Source: Octopus sinensis (Eukaryota). From it: a DNA stretch of 64,000 bases. Location: NCBI RefSeq assembly GCF_006345805.1, contig NC_043000.1, positions 74,214,001 through 74,278,000 of the forward strand. Reading direction: 5' to 3'. The notes below the pieces were generated by a model. The model did no database searches, was not told the origin of the DNA, and saw only the letters and a program-made list of their open reading frames with translations. The stretch's first letter is position 1; each line of letters begins with the position of its first letter. The translations under genes were made by a program, and so were the position numbers. This document shows, piece after piece, positions 51,104-63,415 of this stretch.

Positions 51104-52990
51104 ATCTTATGAAGGACTTGCAGATTTTTATAGTTCCAGATACTGTGATCATTTGTAGTGTCTGGATTTTGGATTTACGTTCTTTCGTCAAGATCCCAAA
51201 TTCAGTCATTCTTTGCTCCTGACAGGTTGGTATGTATCCTGTTGCTCCAATAATAATAGGTATGAAACTGAAAGTCTGGCTTGGGTACTGGATTTTCAAA
51301 CTTCTTATCATAATGTCCTCTTTCTCTTGTATTTTTCTAACCATATTAATGTCCAGAGGGCAGCTGATTTCCACAACTGAACATATTTTTTCTTTGTAGT
51401 GCCACACAACAGATCTAGCTGGTTGTAGTTTAACTTGTGGCTGCTTTAATTTTTAAGTTCCACTAATATTCTTTTAACCCATTGGTCTCAATATGGTCAA
51501 CCTTGTCTGTAGGTGTTTTTTTTTAATTCTCATGTTCCAGATTGTTCAGGCCACCATATCATACCTTATGGGAAGATAATACTTGGAAGACGTTCTCTCA
51601 CAGTTGACAATAATGTGGTTGATGTCTTTAGTCTTGGTCTTGCACAGCTTATGTTTGTTGTCTGTCAATGTTTTCTGCCTTTCATGCTATAGGTACTTGT
51701 GAGGGATCGCTTGTCCTTGGGTGAATAGATGTAGCCTTCAAAGTAGGATGTCATAAACTTGTTGGTACTCCATGCCAAGCTTTTGACATGATCAGTCCCT
51801 TCTGTGGTTTGTATTTTATGTACCAAGTACCCATGTACTATCTTCTCAGTGAACTTGGCTATTTTTTCTATTCTATTGTTCTGATAAATAGATTTTTGTC
51901 AACGCACCTTGAAAGATCTGTATCAGCATTTTTTTTCACACCTCCCTTCAAGTACATTAGCTATCTAATTTTGTTGTTGATTTCATAGTCACAAACTTTG
52001 GTAAGATAGTTATTGATCTCTTTCCTCTTCTGCAAATGTTGTTTCAGTATCACAATAGGTGCTTCATAGGACATCAATACAGATTTGAGACTATGACCAC
52101 TAATCTTGCATGGGAAGCGTAGCCTGTCCACATCTCCATTGATGTTGAAGTTTCCTGTAAAATGATGCAAGTTTGAATATCTCATTGAGTTCTTCTGTTG
52201 ACCAGTTCATAGGTGTGAGGATAGGCACTGCAAAGGTGCTGTGGGCAATATGCTTGTTGTAAACTGAGGGTTCTGATGGCCATATTCTCTTTACTCTCTC
52301 GAGGTATTCATTCATGGTCCTCTCCTTATTTATGTATTCATCATATCTGACATTCTCATTTTGCCATCTGGCTATAGAGGATGTATTGTCAAGCTGTTCA
52401 TTTTTAAGTTTTCAGAGGAAATATCATCCTAATGTCTTCAGAAAATTGAGTTATAAGGTCCAATTGCATTTTTATGTGGTCAATATTTTGGCCCATAGTT
52501 TCAGGACGTTGACAAAGAAAAGATGAGAAATACTTCTGGATCCATTTCTATGGTTATTATGTTTTCTGAGCAGGTATGATAGTGGGTTTAATGAGAGGGC
52601 AAAAGGCAACACTAATAGGCTATCACTCTGAAAGATGTCTTTTTGGTAGTGAATGCAATCCGATTCAATTTACTCCTTATCAGTCCTAAGGAGCAAAGTG
52701 GTGTACAAAGCCCACCCCCAAGCAAATCAGAGGTTTAGTGTAAGAAATCACTAATAAAAATTTAACACTTCAATAAACGAACAGTGTCATAAATCCAATA
52801 ACCATTAAATACCTCTGTGCAGTAAAAGACAATAACACATATCCTGTGTGAATAGCTTCATGTTCAAGGTTTTATTCCAACCTCATAAATGAATGTGTAC
52901 AGTGAGTATACGAAGTTCAATAAAGACTTCTGGTACAAAGGAAAGGTTTTGCCATGTTCCACGATAACATTGATTAAAATAGAAGTAATT
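51104..52990 (-). mobile_element. R4/Dong-like (RLE-type) non-LTR retrotransposon remnant
   Basis: RT remnants IFQSDSLL...LNPLSYLL and ISHLFFVNVLKL; thumb RVKRIW-SE; restriction-like endonuclease region VVEISCPLD-N...KE...PIIIGATG. Confidence 0.75.
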
Positions 52991-53379
52991 CAAGCTATGT
53001 GATTTACTTTCCACAGGTACTAGATGTAGTATATCATGGCGAGCCTCTACAGGAATTAGACTTCACATACATGTGCCTGGCCCTCTTCTCTGTGGACTTA
53101 TTGTGTCTTGAAGAAGTTAGAAAGAGGAGAGAGGCTGATTTAAGCAGGAATGCATGCTTAAATAGGCGATGTGCTACTAGTGACCTCCTGCGTGTTATTT
53201 ATAAGTTATACGTAGTAAATTAGCAAAGGGGGTGTTAATCACGTTCTCTTCGAATATTCTAGTTTGGTCGAAAATGTTTGATCAGGAGAGATAACTGTCA
53301 TTGACTCCCAACAAATATTTTGTGGGTTTGTTTCAAATACAGAGGTATAAAACTGCAATGTTCAGTTCATCTGTTCCTT

Positions 53380-54070
53380 AACAGCCCCATCATCAATGAC
53401 AAAAACCTGAAATATGTAAAGACATTCATATATCTGCCAAGTAGAGTGAAGTCAACTGCCTCTCTTCATGATGAAATAGTAAACTGCATTGCCAAAGCTG
53501 CAAATGCTTTTGGCAAATTTTACCATTGTCTGTGGGGCAGATAGGACTCTCATTAAAAAGAATAATTCATGTGTACCAAACTGTAGTCCTTTCTACTCTT
53601 TCATATGGATCAGAATCTTGGGTACCCTATTTTTCACATATCAACCAGCTTGATGTCTTTGGGCATTTGCTGGTACAACCTGAATGATAGAATTTTTAAC
53701 ATGACCTATTTTCTAAAGGTAAAATTGTTGGTATTGAATCTTTTCTTTTGCAATCCTAATTAAGATGGTTTGATCATGTCATCAAAATGAGTGGTAGCAG
53801 AATTCCAAAAGCCAACTCCATGATGAAAGAAGTATAAGAAGACTATGGCTAAGGTACAGGTATAAGTTCAAAGCTAACTTGAAAATGATAAAGATTCTCC
53901 CAGAAACATTTGAAAAAAAACTGCATTGAATTGCTATAAAACCATAAAGAACTATGATTTGAGCTGTCTGGATCCTCGTAAAGAACAACGACAAAGGCCA
54001 GCCGCTTTGTATAACAAACCATTTGTTTGTCCAATCTGTGGATTTGTTTGTAAATGTCATAAGAGCTTAA
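53380..54070 (+). mobile_element. RTE (BovB-like) LINE C-terminal fragment
   Basis: FIYL-S...DEIVNCIAKAANAFGK...VVLSTLSYGSESW and a terminal CPICGFVC zinc-finger remnant. A different family from the PHD-RTE. Confidence 0.7.
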
Positions 54071-56081
54071 ACAAAAATATGCATTAAATTCAACAGGAGA
54101 ATCCATGACATGCACACGCATACACACACACACACACAAACATATATAAGTTTCCTTGTCTATTCTATTCTTCCCTTATCCGTCCAATCTTTTGGAAGAA
54201 GAGTGAATACTCAAAACCTTAAGGACATTTCCTTTTTTAACCCCATTTCGTGAGTGTCAAACTAATACCAACTTTGTGTTTCTTTTTTATCTTGATTTTA
54301 TGTTCTTTATTGTGACCTTTTAGCTATATATGTGTGGTGTGTTCACATTATGTAATAGTTGTATATGACTACCACTGTCATACAAGCAGTGTCAGTCGTT
54401 TCCAATAATCTGTGAGAACATATCTGTCTGTAGGGAAATATTACCTTGCTTAGAAACGGCTGAGGGTTGGCAACAGGAAATCTTCCCTTAAACTCCATCT
54501 AATCCATGCAAGCATGGAAAAGTGGATGTTAAAAAGATGATAATAAATGTTTAATTGGAAGGTGGGTACCATTTATGCTAAAAGCATTGCCTTTGTAGAG
54601 TAATGCTTTATTTCTTTGTTTGAGCATTATATATCTAGTTCAATGTTATTAAAATTTGATCCATGGACACATGTTATTGATTTGTATGGATGTCATCCAC
54701 TGCACCCTCAACAGGAGCAGTGAATAACAATGAATAACAAAGGAGTGACTTATCTTTTGATACAGACACAACACAGGCTACACTTTCAGGCTTTTTGGAT
54801 AAACTTTTCAGGAAAAACCCAGCAGGTTCACTATTAATTCCGTAAAATATTTACAGGTCTCGGTAGTAAATTATATTCTATTGATTAAGAAACCAATGAG
54901 TTTTCTAAAAATTTTCATTTAATGTTTTTGAATTCAACAAAAGTATCTCTAAATAAGAGTGTAATGAATCAGTTCCTTCATTCCTAATCTCCCTTGCTCT
55001 TCATCATCATCATTTAGTATCTGTCTTCCATGCTGGTTTGTGGTGGACAGATTGACAGGATTCAACAAGTCAGGAGACCACAGTGATCTCCAATGTCTTC
55101 TTTGGCATGGCTTTTTATGACTAGATGCCCCTTCTGATGTGAACCACATTACAGAGTGTGCCTTGGCTCTGGCTTGAGGGAAGGCCACCAAGTAACTTGC
55201 AACTTCTCACTAGAGTTGTAATTTATTTATGAACTTCTTTATAATAGCTGTTCATGAAAGAAGGAACTAAGATTTAGTTTAGAATAAATAAAACTGTTTT
55301 TGCCTATGTAGAAAGTAATTCAGAAGTATTTTCCCTATTCTAGGGCATAGGTTAGCAACAAATGGAAACTTATTTTTTTGTGACAATAGAGTTAACCACC
55401 AAACTCAAGTGTACACTCTTTGTCCCTTGAAATTAATTTCTCCTCCAGAAATAACCAATATGTAACTTCAACATTTTTAACATTAGTCCAAATAAAAACT
55501 ATTATAAATATCCATCTGGAGAATATATCATTAGATTATAAATCTGATTAGTCTGGTAGTATGTAGAAAAAATCTTGTGTTTTGATAGACAATGTGCAAT
55601 TTTTTCACTTATATATTATAAATGAGGGTTTTATTATATTTTTATACTTGGTAAAATATAAATAGACTGCCAAATCAGAATCTTTTACTTTGTTAATGGA
55701 GAAATTCATCTTACTGATGATGATATACTTTAGTTCTAATATCAACTTTTATTTTTAAAACTTACATGATTGAAATTGTTTTCAACAACTTTACTGCATT
55801 TTCAGTCATTTAAAAATTTTTCCAAATAGGTTTTAAAAAATTATATTTTTAAATATTTTTTGTTTCTTTTTTAAGAGTTGTGAGTGGGTGGATAGGAGGG
55901 GGGCATTACTTTATTTCTGAGACCACGTTACAAATGTAACTGACAAGATATTTCGTTTTTCTTTCATTATTAGCATATTTTAGAGTGATTGTTAGAATTT
56001 TATGGTTGAAATTAAAGTTGAAATTATAAATGAATTATGTTAGAAAACATGCTATAACTTTTTTTTCTGTTTTATTTGTAG

Positions 56082-56179
56082 TTTCTTTCATTGTGTTATT
56101 GTGCTCATGTATTCTTCGCCATGTACGTGATAAGAAGCATGCTAATGATGATTCCATTCTTGACAGTGAAATGCCTAAG
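56082..56179 (+). CDS. NCAPG2: NCAPG2 exon
   Basis: tgtAG/GTAAAT boundaries; TT plus SFIVLLCSCILRHVRDKKHANDDSILDSEMPK. Phase is compatible with both neighbours; similarity is weaker. Confidence 0.75.
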
Positions 56180-56599
56180 GTAAATATCATCTGACGTACA
56201 TAAAATAATTCTATGTTTCATTTAAATTTTAAAGTAATGATGAATTTAGAATTGTTTCACAAAACAACTATATCCCATTTCTTTATATATATATATATAT
56301 ATATATATATGTTTCTTTTAAGTTCTTGCATAAATCTGTACAGGTAAAATCAGTGAAATGTAAATAAATTAAAATTTGTTTAGGTATCACCATGTATGAA
56401 TTATTAGTTAATGGTAAAAGTTTCATTCAGTGTCTTCTATTACCATTAACATTTTGCATAGTGGTTACTTTGCAAAACCCACTGATTCTTGTAATCAACA
56501 AGAATCGTTGGGTTTTCAGTCATGGGGATAATTAATTGGGTCAGTTAATTGAATGGATGTGTGTTGCATTCAAGAAGTAACGTGGAGGGGAGCTTCAGC

Positions 56600-56810
56600 C
56601 AAGTTCCTCACAAACAAAAGCATAGATATAAGTTTTCTAGGAGAGCAACAGTGATGGGGTAGGCATACTTCTAGCAGAGAAATGGGTCAATAAGGTGATT
56701 GAGGTAGTCACAGTGTGCAATAGGGTACTTAAGCTTAGACTAATTTTGCAGAGTAGTATAGCAACAATTAGCTCTGCTTATGCATCCTCCTCCAACTGGG
56801 TCTACCAAAG
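56600..56810 (+). mobile_element. RTE APE fragment
   Basis: Matches 270-390 and 1260-1390 (ggcatacttctagcagagaaatgggt...aaggtgattgaggtagtca). Confidence 0.8.
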
Positions 56811-56949
56811 TAGGTTGGAAGAAAGATAAAAGAAAAGCAGTTTATTAAAATGTTCAAACCTGTTCTGAAAGGAAATAACAGCAATAATATAACAACCAGT
56901 TAATGTGGATTAAAAAATATCTCTAGCATATAAATATAAACAAGTTACA

Positions 56950-57370
56950 GAATATCAGTATGCTTGAAAGTTGTAGGGGCGTTGCACAAGCCAAATAGCA
57001 TTACACTGAACTGCCACAAACTCCGTCCATATGAAAATATGGTCTTCTCCCTATCTTTTACAGCAATCTTGATTTGATGGTGTCCTGCTTTCATATCCAA
57101 GTAGAGAACCATCAGGCCCCTGCTAAAGCATCATTTCTTGGCAAAGGATATGCATCTTTCATTGTCACTTCATTTATCACTCTATAATCTACACAGCATC
57201 TCACTGTACCATCTTTCTTCTGATTCTAATATCTCTTAGTGACCTATCTTGGGCCACTAGTGCACAATGGTGTGCCATCGTGCATTCATCCCAGACAATA
57301 AGTATAGTTTAGAGTAGAACTTCCGCCGTTGGTAATCGTTTTCAAATATTACACATTTGAGCATTGCTGA
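56950..57370 (-). mobile_element. Juxtaposed Helitron-helicase fragment (about 57228-57370) and Gypsy RT fragment (about 56950-57225)
   Basis: LIVWDECTMAH...DRSLRDI followed directly by [27 protein letters not shown]...FGLCNAPTTF. Confidence 0.7.
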
Positions 57371-58713
57371 AGTGAGTTTTCTTGAGTACAAATAGAGGCA
57401 GTTTTCTTTGTGGCCCTTCTTTGCATGTTCTTAAGAAAGATCACAAACTGTGTACTGTTTCATGGAACAAAAAGGGGTTAATATGATTTTGGCCAGAAAT
57501 CTTGTTTTCAAAATTATAATTTCCCCACTTCCTGCCAAAATTTCCTAATTTTTAACTGTTTTTCGAATTTTGTTTTTTATGCACGTGGAAAAATACAGAG
57601 ATTACGAATGTTGGAAATATAATTTATTTTTAAAAATTTAATTTTTCTGAAAGAAATACTGAATGTCCCTTCCCCCACCTTGGCCACCCATTGGCTACCC
57701 ACTCTTGGACAAAATGCAAATCTCCTGTATGGAAAGCATAGGAATGTGAGTAAATTGAGGAAAGAAATAAGTGTCTGTGTGTGGGAGGTATGCAAATGTT
57801 ATCTCAGACATGCTAGAAACAACAGGTAAATGACAGGGTTTTTGAGATAACTTCCTTGTAAGTTTAAATGGAAGATCAGCTTTTGAAATATGCTCCTCAC
57901 AAACAGGAACAACAGAATAGGAAAAGGTAATTTCCATAGTATTTGAGCTGTGATATAGCACACAGCAAAAAATAACATAATTCATTCAGAATTTTAACTC
58001 TGTGTGTGTGTGTGCATGTGCCAAAGGAAGTTATTTTTGCATACCCTTCTTAATTCCAAAAGAAGGAAATGTAGTGAAATTGTAATATGTTAACAGTAGA
58101 AGGTCTCCATACATTATAATGAGAAATTGAAAGAGAAAGATAGTGCCTAATTTTTCACATGCATGAAACATGGGACAAAAGTGAAAATGACCTAAAAATT
58201 GTACGACATGACCTAATTTCGGAGGTTCTCAGCATCTCCTTCTCTCCCCCTTTCCCCCTCTTTTTGTGTCACTTTCTTTCACCTTCACCTGTAGAACATA
58301 CAGTATCAATTTTATGCTGGCTTTCTTTCATTTTCAACTATAGAACATACATAGGGTATGAAACATCAGATGTATGTACATGTATATGAAATGGACGTGT
58401 GTATGTGCAAGAGAGATAGAGTGAGTGAGTGAAGTTGTGTGTCGTAATGATGGATGTCTTTTAAGATACACACTTATATAGAAAATGTGTTGATATATAA
58501 AATGCTTTATGATAGTTGAGTTATGGAAAAGATAATAATTTTAAATTTTTGTAATGGAAATATGTCAATGAAAATAAAGTTTAGTTGGTAGTGGAAATAG
58601 TACTGAATCTTTTGATACCCAATATGTCAAAATCAGCAACTCGGTTTTGGAATGCATCAGGAACATACATACACGCACACATACAAACTCTCTTTTATAA
58701 TTATAGATATATA

Positions 58714-59560
58714 CACCGGGTGCGTAAGATATTTTAGGACAGATTTATGTCTATAAAAAAACATATATAAGAGATAACTTCATTTTTTATCAAAAAATGC
58801 TGTAAGGATGAAAATAAACCTTCTTTTCTATAATGTTATTCAATAAAGCCACCTTCAGCTTCAACAACTGCTTCTTTACGAGATCTAAATCATCTACAGC
58901 TTCAATCAAGTGGTTCTGTTTCATTTTGGACATTACTCTGACTATGGCAGCTTTCAAAAAATCTTTGATGTTATGGGTGTATTCATTGACATCTCTCTCA
59001 ACAACGCTCCACATGTAATAGTCCAATGGGTTAGGATCTGGGGAATTAGGAGGCCTAATTTTGGTGGTTATGTGATCATGAAAATTTTCAGATATCCATT
59101 CCTGTGTTACTAGAGCCATGTGTAATACTGCAGAGTCTTACTGAAACACATATGGCCTTCCATTGCATATAATGTTTATCCATGGCTTAACAATTGTTTC
59201 CAGGACCTCAATGTAGGCGGTAGAGTTAACTCTAAGGCCTTGTGGGGAAAAAGGAGGCATCACATGTCCTTCATTGCTGACAACCCCTGAAACCATAACA
59301 GTTGCAGGAAATTTTGTATGCATAACACTTGGTACTTCAGAAGGATCTGTCATTTTTTCTATTAACTTTTTGATCTCAGTCGAAGTTTTCTTGTTTGAGA
59401 AAAACCAAGTCAAATCTTCTGCTGAATTTTTCAGTTTGTTTAAGAGCCTTTTAGATTTGATGTAGTGATTTTCTTTTGCTTTTTTTTTTTTTTGACAAAT
59501 TGACCTTTCCGCATCATATAAGACTTAGATCTGATGTGCTTGTGGACAATATTTCTGATT
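58714..59560 (-). mobile_element. maT-family (DD37D) Tc1/mariner remnant
   Basis: KFPATVMVSGVVS, VFQ*DSA...RPPNSPDPNPLDYY with D-x37-D spacing. TA-CACCGGGTG TIR at the left end; right end not resolved. Confidence 0.8.
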
Positions 59561-59682
59561 GTTCCGTAGTAATGTTATAAAATCCACAGTATTAAGAATT
59601 TTATCTGTTCTACTTCTAAATTTAATCTTAAAAGCAATAATTAGGAAAATGTATGACAAATTTGAGTTTGCTTTCTTTCAAG

Positions 59683-59814
59683 GACAAATCCAGTGATTTA
59701 GAAGAGGACTGTGGAAATGAAGCTGTGTCTTTTGATTTAGAGAAGAATATAATTCATGGCTTTCTGGATTCTATCATTATATTGTGGACTGTGATTGAAC
59801 CAGAGTTTGCTAAG
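59683..59814 (+). CDS. NCAPG2: NCAPG2 exon
   Basis: ttcaAG/GTATTT boundaries; DKSSDLEEDCGNEAVSFDLEKNIIHGFLDSIIILWTVIEPEFAK (cf. MAGLLEIIVILWKSID). Confidence 0.82.
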
Positions 59815-59894
59815 GTATTTACTTCAAATTATATTTATAAAAACAACATTTTAATGACTTTTGTTCAGTAAATAATGTTTTAACTTGTTTCTAG

Positions 59895-59986
59895 GAAATC
59901 AAGATTTACTGAAGAAATATATTAAAAAAAACAGATCACAGGAATCTCTCTTGAATGAATTTTTAAAAAATATTTATTCATCTTGA
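59895..59986 (+). CDS. NCAPG2: Probable further NCAPG2 exon, out of frame as assembled
   Basis: Follows an 80-bp intron ending ttgtttctAG. The shifted frame reads NQDLLKKYIKK...SLLNEFLK (cf. NNKEAKLY...SVLPEYLK), but phase 0 hits TGA at 59910. No clear donor found. Confidence 0.35.
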
Positions 59987-60136
59987 TCTGTTAATTCAGC
60001 TGTCATTACAATTTTTTTTACTTCATCTAACTGTTAACCGGCATTTTCACTTCCATGTTTTACTTTTCATTTCTACATCAATCAGGATTAGCTGGTGCAT
60101 TCATTCATGACTTGTTAAACATATTCAATTACTTAA

Positions 60137-60830
60137 CCCTTTCGTTACTAACCTGGCCGTAACCGGCCGAAAAATTTTTTGGTACATTTGTTTAAACACG
60201 TGATTTCACTTTGTAAATAGTTGGGTTATAGTATCCGACATTGCTTGACCTGATATCTCAACTCAGTGAATTTTGGGAGATTTTTTTCCACATTTTTTCC
60301 GGCATTGACTTTTCTTCAACTTTGAAAATGGATAGGAGTTTCATGTTATCAAGCATTGATTCCGAATTTAAAGCTTTTTCAACAGAAAATAGGGAGATAT
60401 CGAGAAAAAGAATGAATGAGGTACAAAAGCACATGGTGTACAATAATTAATAGGATATTCTTTTATCTGAAACCGAAAGCAGCGTTTCCAAAGAAACAAA
60501 GCGGCGATGGCGACAGCAAAGACGATTTTACATTGGAATGAAGTAAAAAAACTTTAAAAATGTTTTTATTAGCAATTTTTCTGAGGAGATAGAGTTTATC
60601 TATAGTCTTTCTTAGGGAGCAAAACCATTAGACTTTTATTTTTTTCAGTATGCTTGTTTGAAGCGATCACTTCGGAAACAAATTTACGCAAATTGTAAAC
60701 AAACACAAAATGGGGGATCAAAGTTTGGAAAATTTGTGAAACAAATACTGGGTACTGCTGTGGATTTAGTTTTTATACAGGGAAAATAGTATTAGTCAGC
60801 ATGGCTTAGGGTACGATGTGGTCTGGACTC
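60137..60830 (+). mobile_element. Left part of a deleted piggyBac (same TIR family as 38272-40904)
   Basis: TTAA plus CCCTTTCGTTAC at 60133-60148; WGIKVWKICETNTGYC fragment at 60710-60830, then an abrupt break. Confidence 0.85.
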
Positions 60831-63415
60831 CAAATCCAGGAACCATCCCTCCCTCCCTCTCGCTACACTATATGCCTATCTATCTATCAGCCTTTTTCGT
60901 CTCTTCATCTCTAGCCCATGGCTGCCAGTTCACGAGGGTGTCTTCCCTCTCTTTATCACCATGTGTCTCTCTCTCTCTATCGACTGCTGCTCGCCTGTCT
61001 CTATATATCTTCACTCTCTTTCACCCCTACTTCCTACTCCCCCCCTCCACAACTTCTTCTAACCTATATAAACCAATGCACGTTGCTTGAACTTTCTTAT
61101 TGACTTCGATACCCTGACTAAACAAAACAAGATTCTTAGAAAATGAGTAACCCCCGGTGAGATTTTTAAGGTTCTACCTGCCACCTCTTTCATGTATTTT
61201 TGCGAGTATTATCATCATAAACCCTTAATACTTTCTTGTTCTGTTTTTCCCGTCTTAATGTCGATGTCCTTTCGTCTTAACCCTAGGTGATGCATTTCTT
61301 AAATTTCCAACATAGTTTTTCACTCATGAAAATTATCACACGTACACAGACCTTGTCTCTAATTTCGTCTTTCTCCAAATTCAGGAACCATCCCTCCCTC
61401 CCTCTCGCTATCTATCTATCGGCCTTTTCTGTCTCTTCATCTCTAGCCCATGGCTGCCAGTTTGCGTCAGTGCGCCCGCCCTCCCACCCCCTTCACCTGA
61501 ACCGGAAGTCTCTCTCATCTATCACGTCTTCCTTGCTTGTCCCCCATGAGCACCTAAAGGCCTTCGCCAACCCCACCCCTACTATATAAGGTGATCATAC
61601 AGTGCAAAACACGATAGCTTAGTGTATGCAGGTTGAACTTATCAAGATCATTGTTTGCTTATGAATTCTGCCAAATGCAAGCTCTCTTTTCAGGTACATG
61701 ACGCCACTGTCCCCCACCCTGGGGTCTCTAGGGCCCATACCTCCCACACCCTCAGAGTTGGCACTCTCAACGTTGGCACACTGAAAGGTAGGTCTGGTGA
61801 GATTGTTGAAATGCTTGAACGTAGATGTGTTGATATGTGCTGCATCCAAGAAGTAAGGTGGAGAGGAGGTTCTGCTAGGTTCCTCACAGGCAAAGAACAC
61901 GGGTACAAGATTTTCTGGGCAGGGAACACTGATGGGTTTGGGGTCGTGGGTATACTTCTAGCTGATAAATGGGTAGATAAGGTAATAGAGGTAATCAGAG
62001 TAAGTGACAGAATACTTAAGATTAGATTAGTGCTTCATCGTGGATTAGCAACCATTATATCGGCCTATGCCCCTCAGGTGGGGCTACCCGATGGACAGAA
62101 AGACCGATTCTATGACATCCTACTGCAGACTACCTCATTGACAAACGACAGAGACCTTCTCTTTGTAGCTGGTGACTTCAATGGTCACATTGGATGACAT
62201 GCTGGGGGCTTCCAAGGTGTACATGGGGGCTATGGTTATGGTTTCCGCAACGAGGAGGGAACCAGGCTGCTGGAGTTCTGCAATGCAAATGATCTTATGG
62301 TTTGCAACACTAACTTCAGGAAACCTACCAGCCACCTAGTCACCTACCGATCGGGCCGACATACCAGCCAAATTGACTACATCCTTGCCAGGAAAAGGGA
62401 AAGATGGCTGCTTATAAATGCCAAAACCTTCCCCGGAGAAGAATGTACCCCACAACATAAACTGGTAATTAGTGACTTTAGGATCAGGACTAAGAGGACG
62501 ACCAACATGGAGAAGAAGGATCTGGAAGCTTAAAGATCCTGTGAATGGACATAGACTTAGGGACATATTACTTGAAGCCTTTGCCAAAGTAGAAGGGGAT
62601 AGAGCTTCACATGGGGTAGAAGACAACTGGAGGTCTCTGAGGGACAACCTGCTGAGAGCCACAGATCAGATCTGTGGCTGGTGCAAAGTCCTCTCTTGAC
62701 CCAAAATAACGTGGTGGTGGAACAATGTTGTAGACAGGGCTATTAGAGAAAAGAGACAGGCTTGGAAGGACTGGAAAAATGGTGGTAGCAGGAAATTGTA
62801 TCAGACTACCAAAAGAGAAGCTAGGAGACAGGTTTATTTAGCCAGAGGGAAAACAGATAAGAAAAAATTTGCCAATGTTCTGTGCCCTGAGGACCATAGA
62901 CTTGAGGTATTCCGTGTTGCAAGACAGTGTGTGAGAGAGAATCATGATGTGGTAGGAGAGAAATGTGTTCTCATGGATGATGGTTCACTTGCACTAAATG
63001 AGGATGCAAAGAGAGGGGTTTGGAGACATCATTATGAGAGGCTGCTAAATAAGGAAAATGAATGGGATAAAGAGAGTCTACCGAATGTCGACCCAACAGA
63101 GGGACCAGCTATCCGAGTTGACAGTTCCTTAGTAGGTAAGGCAATTAGTAGCATGAAGACAGGTAAAGCCCCAGGCCCATCAGGAATTACTGGAGAGATG
63201 CTTAAAATATCTGGTAGTGTCGGCTATAGCCTAGTCACCTGTATAGTTAACCAGGTGATACACGAAGGAGTCATACCCAATGACTGGTTTAGCAGCATAA
63301 TAGTCAACTGCTACAAAGGTAAGGGTGATGCTTTAGATACAAATAATTACAGAGGTATCAAGCTGTTGGATCAGGTAATGAAGGTTACGGAGAGGGTCAT
63401 AGCCCAACTGATTAA
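60831..63415 (+). mobile_element. RTE LINE (same family as 961-4770): putative 5' UTR, APE and RT N-terminus
   Basis: MNSAKCKLSFQ...GTLNVGTLKGRS...GDFNGHIG and ORF 62796 onward colinear with 2100-2735. Cut at TTAA 63412-63415 by a piggyBac. Assignment of 60831-61620 as UTR is inferred. Confidence 0.88.
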
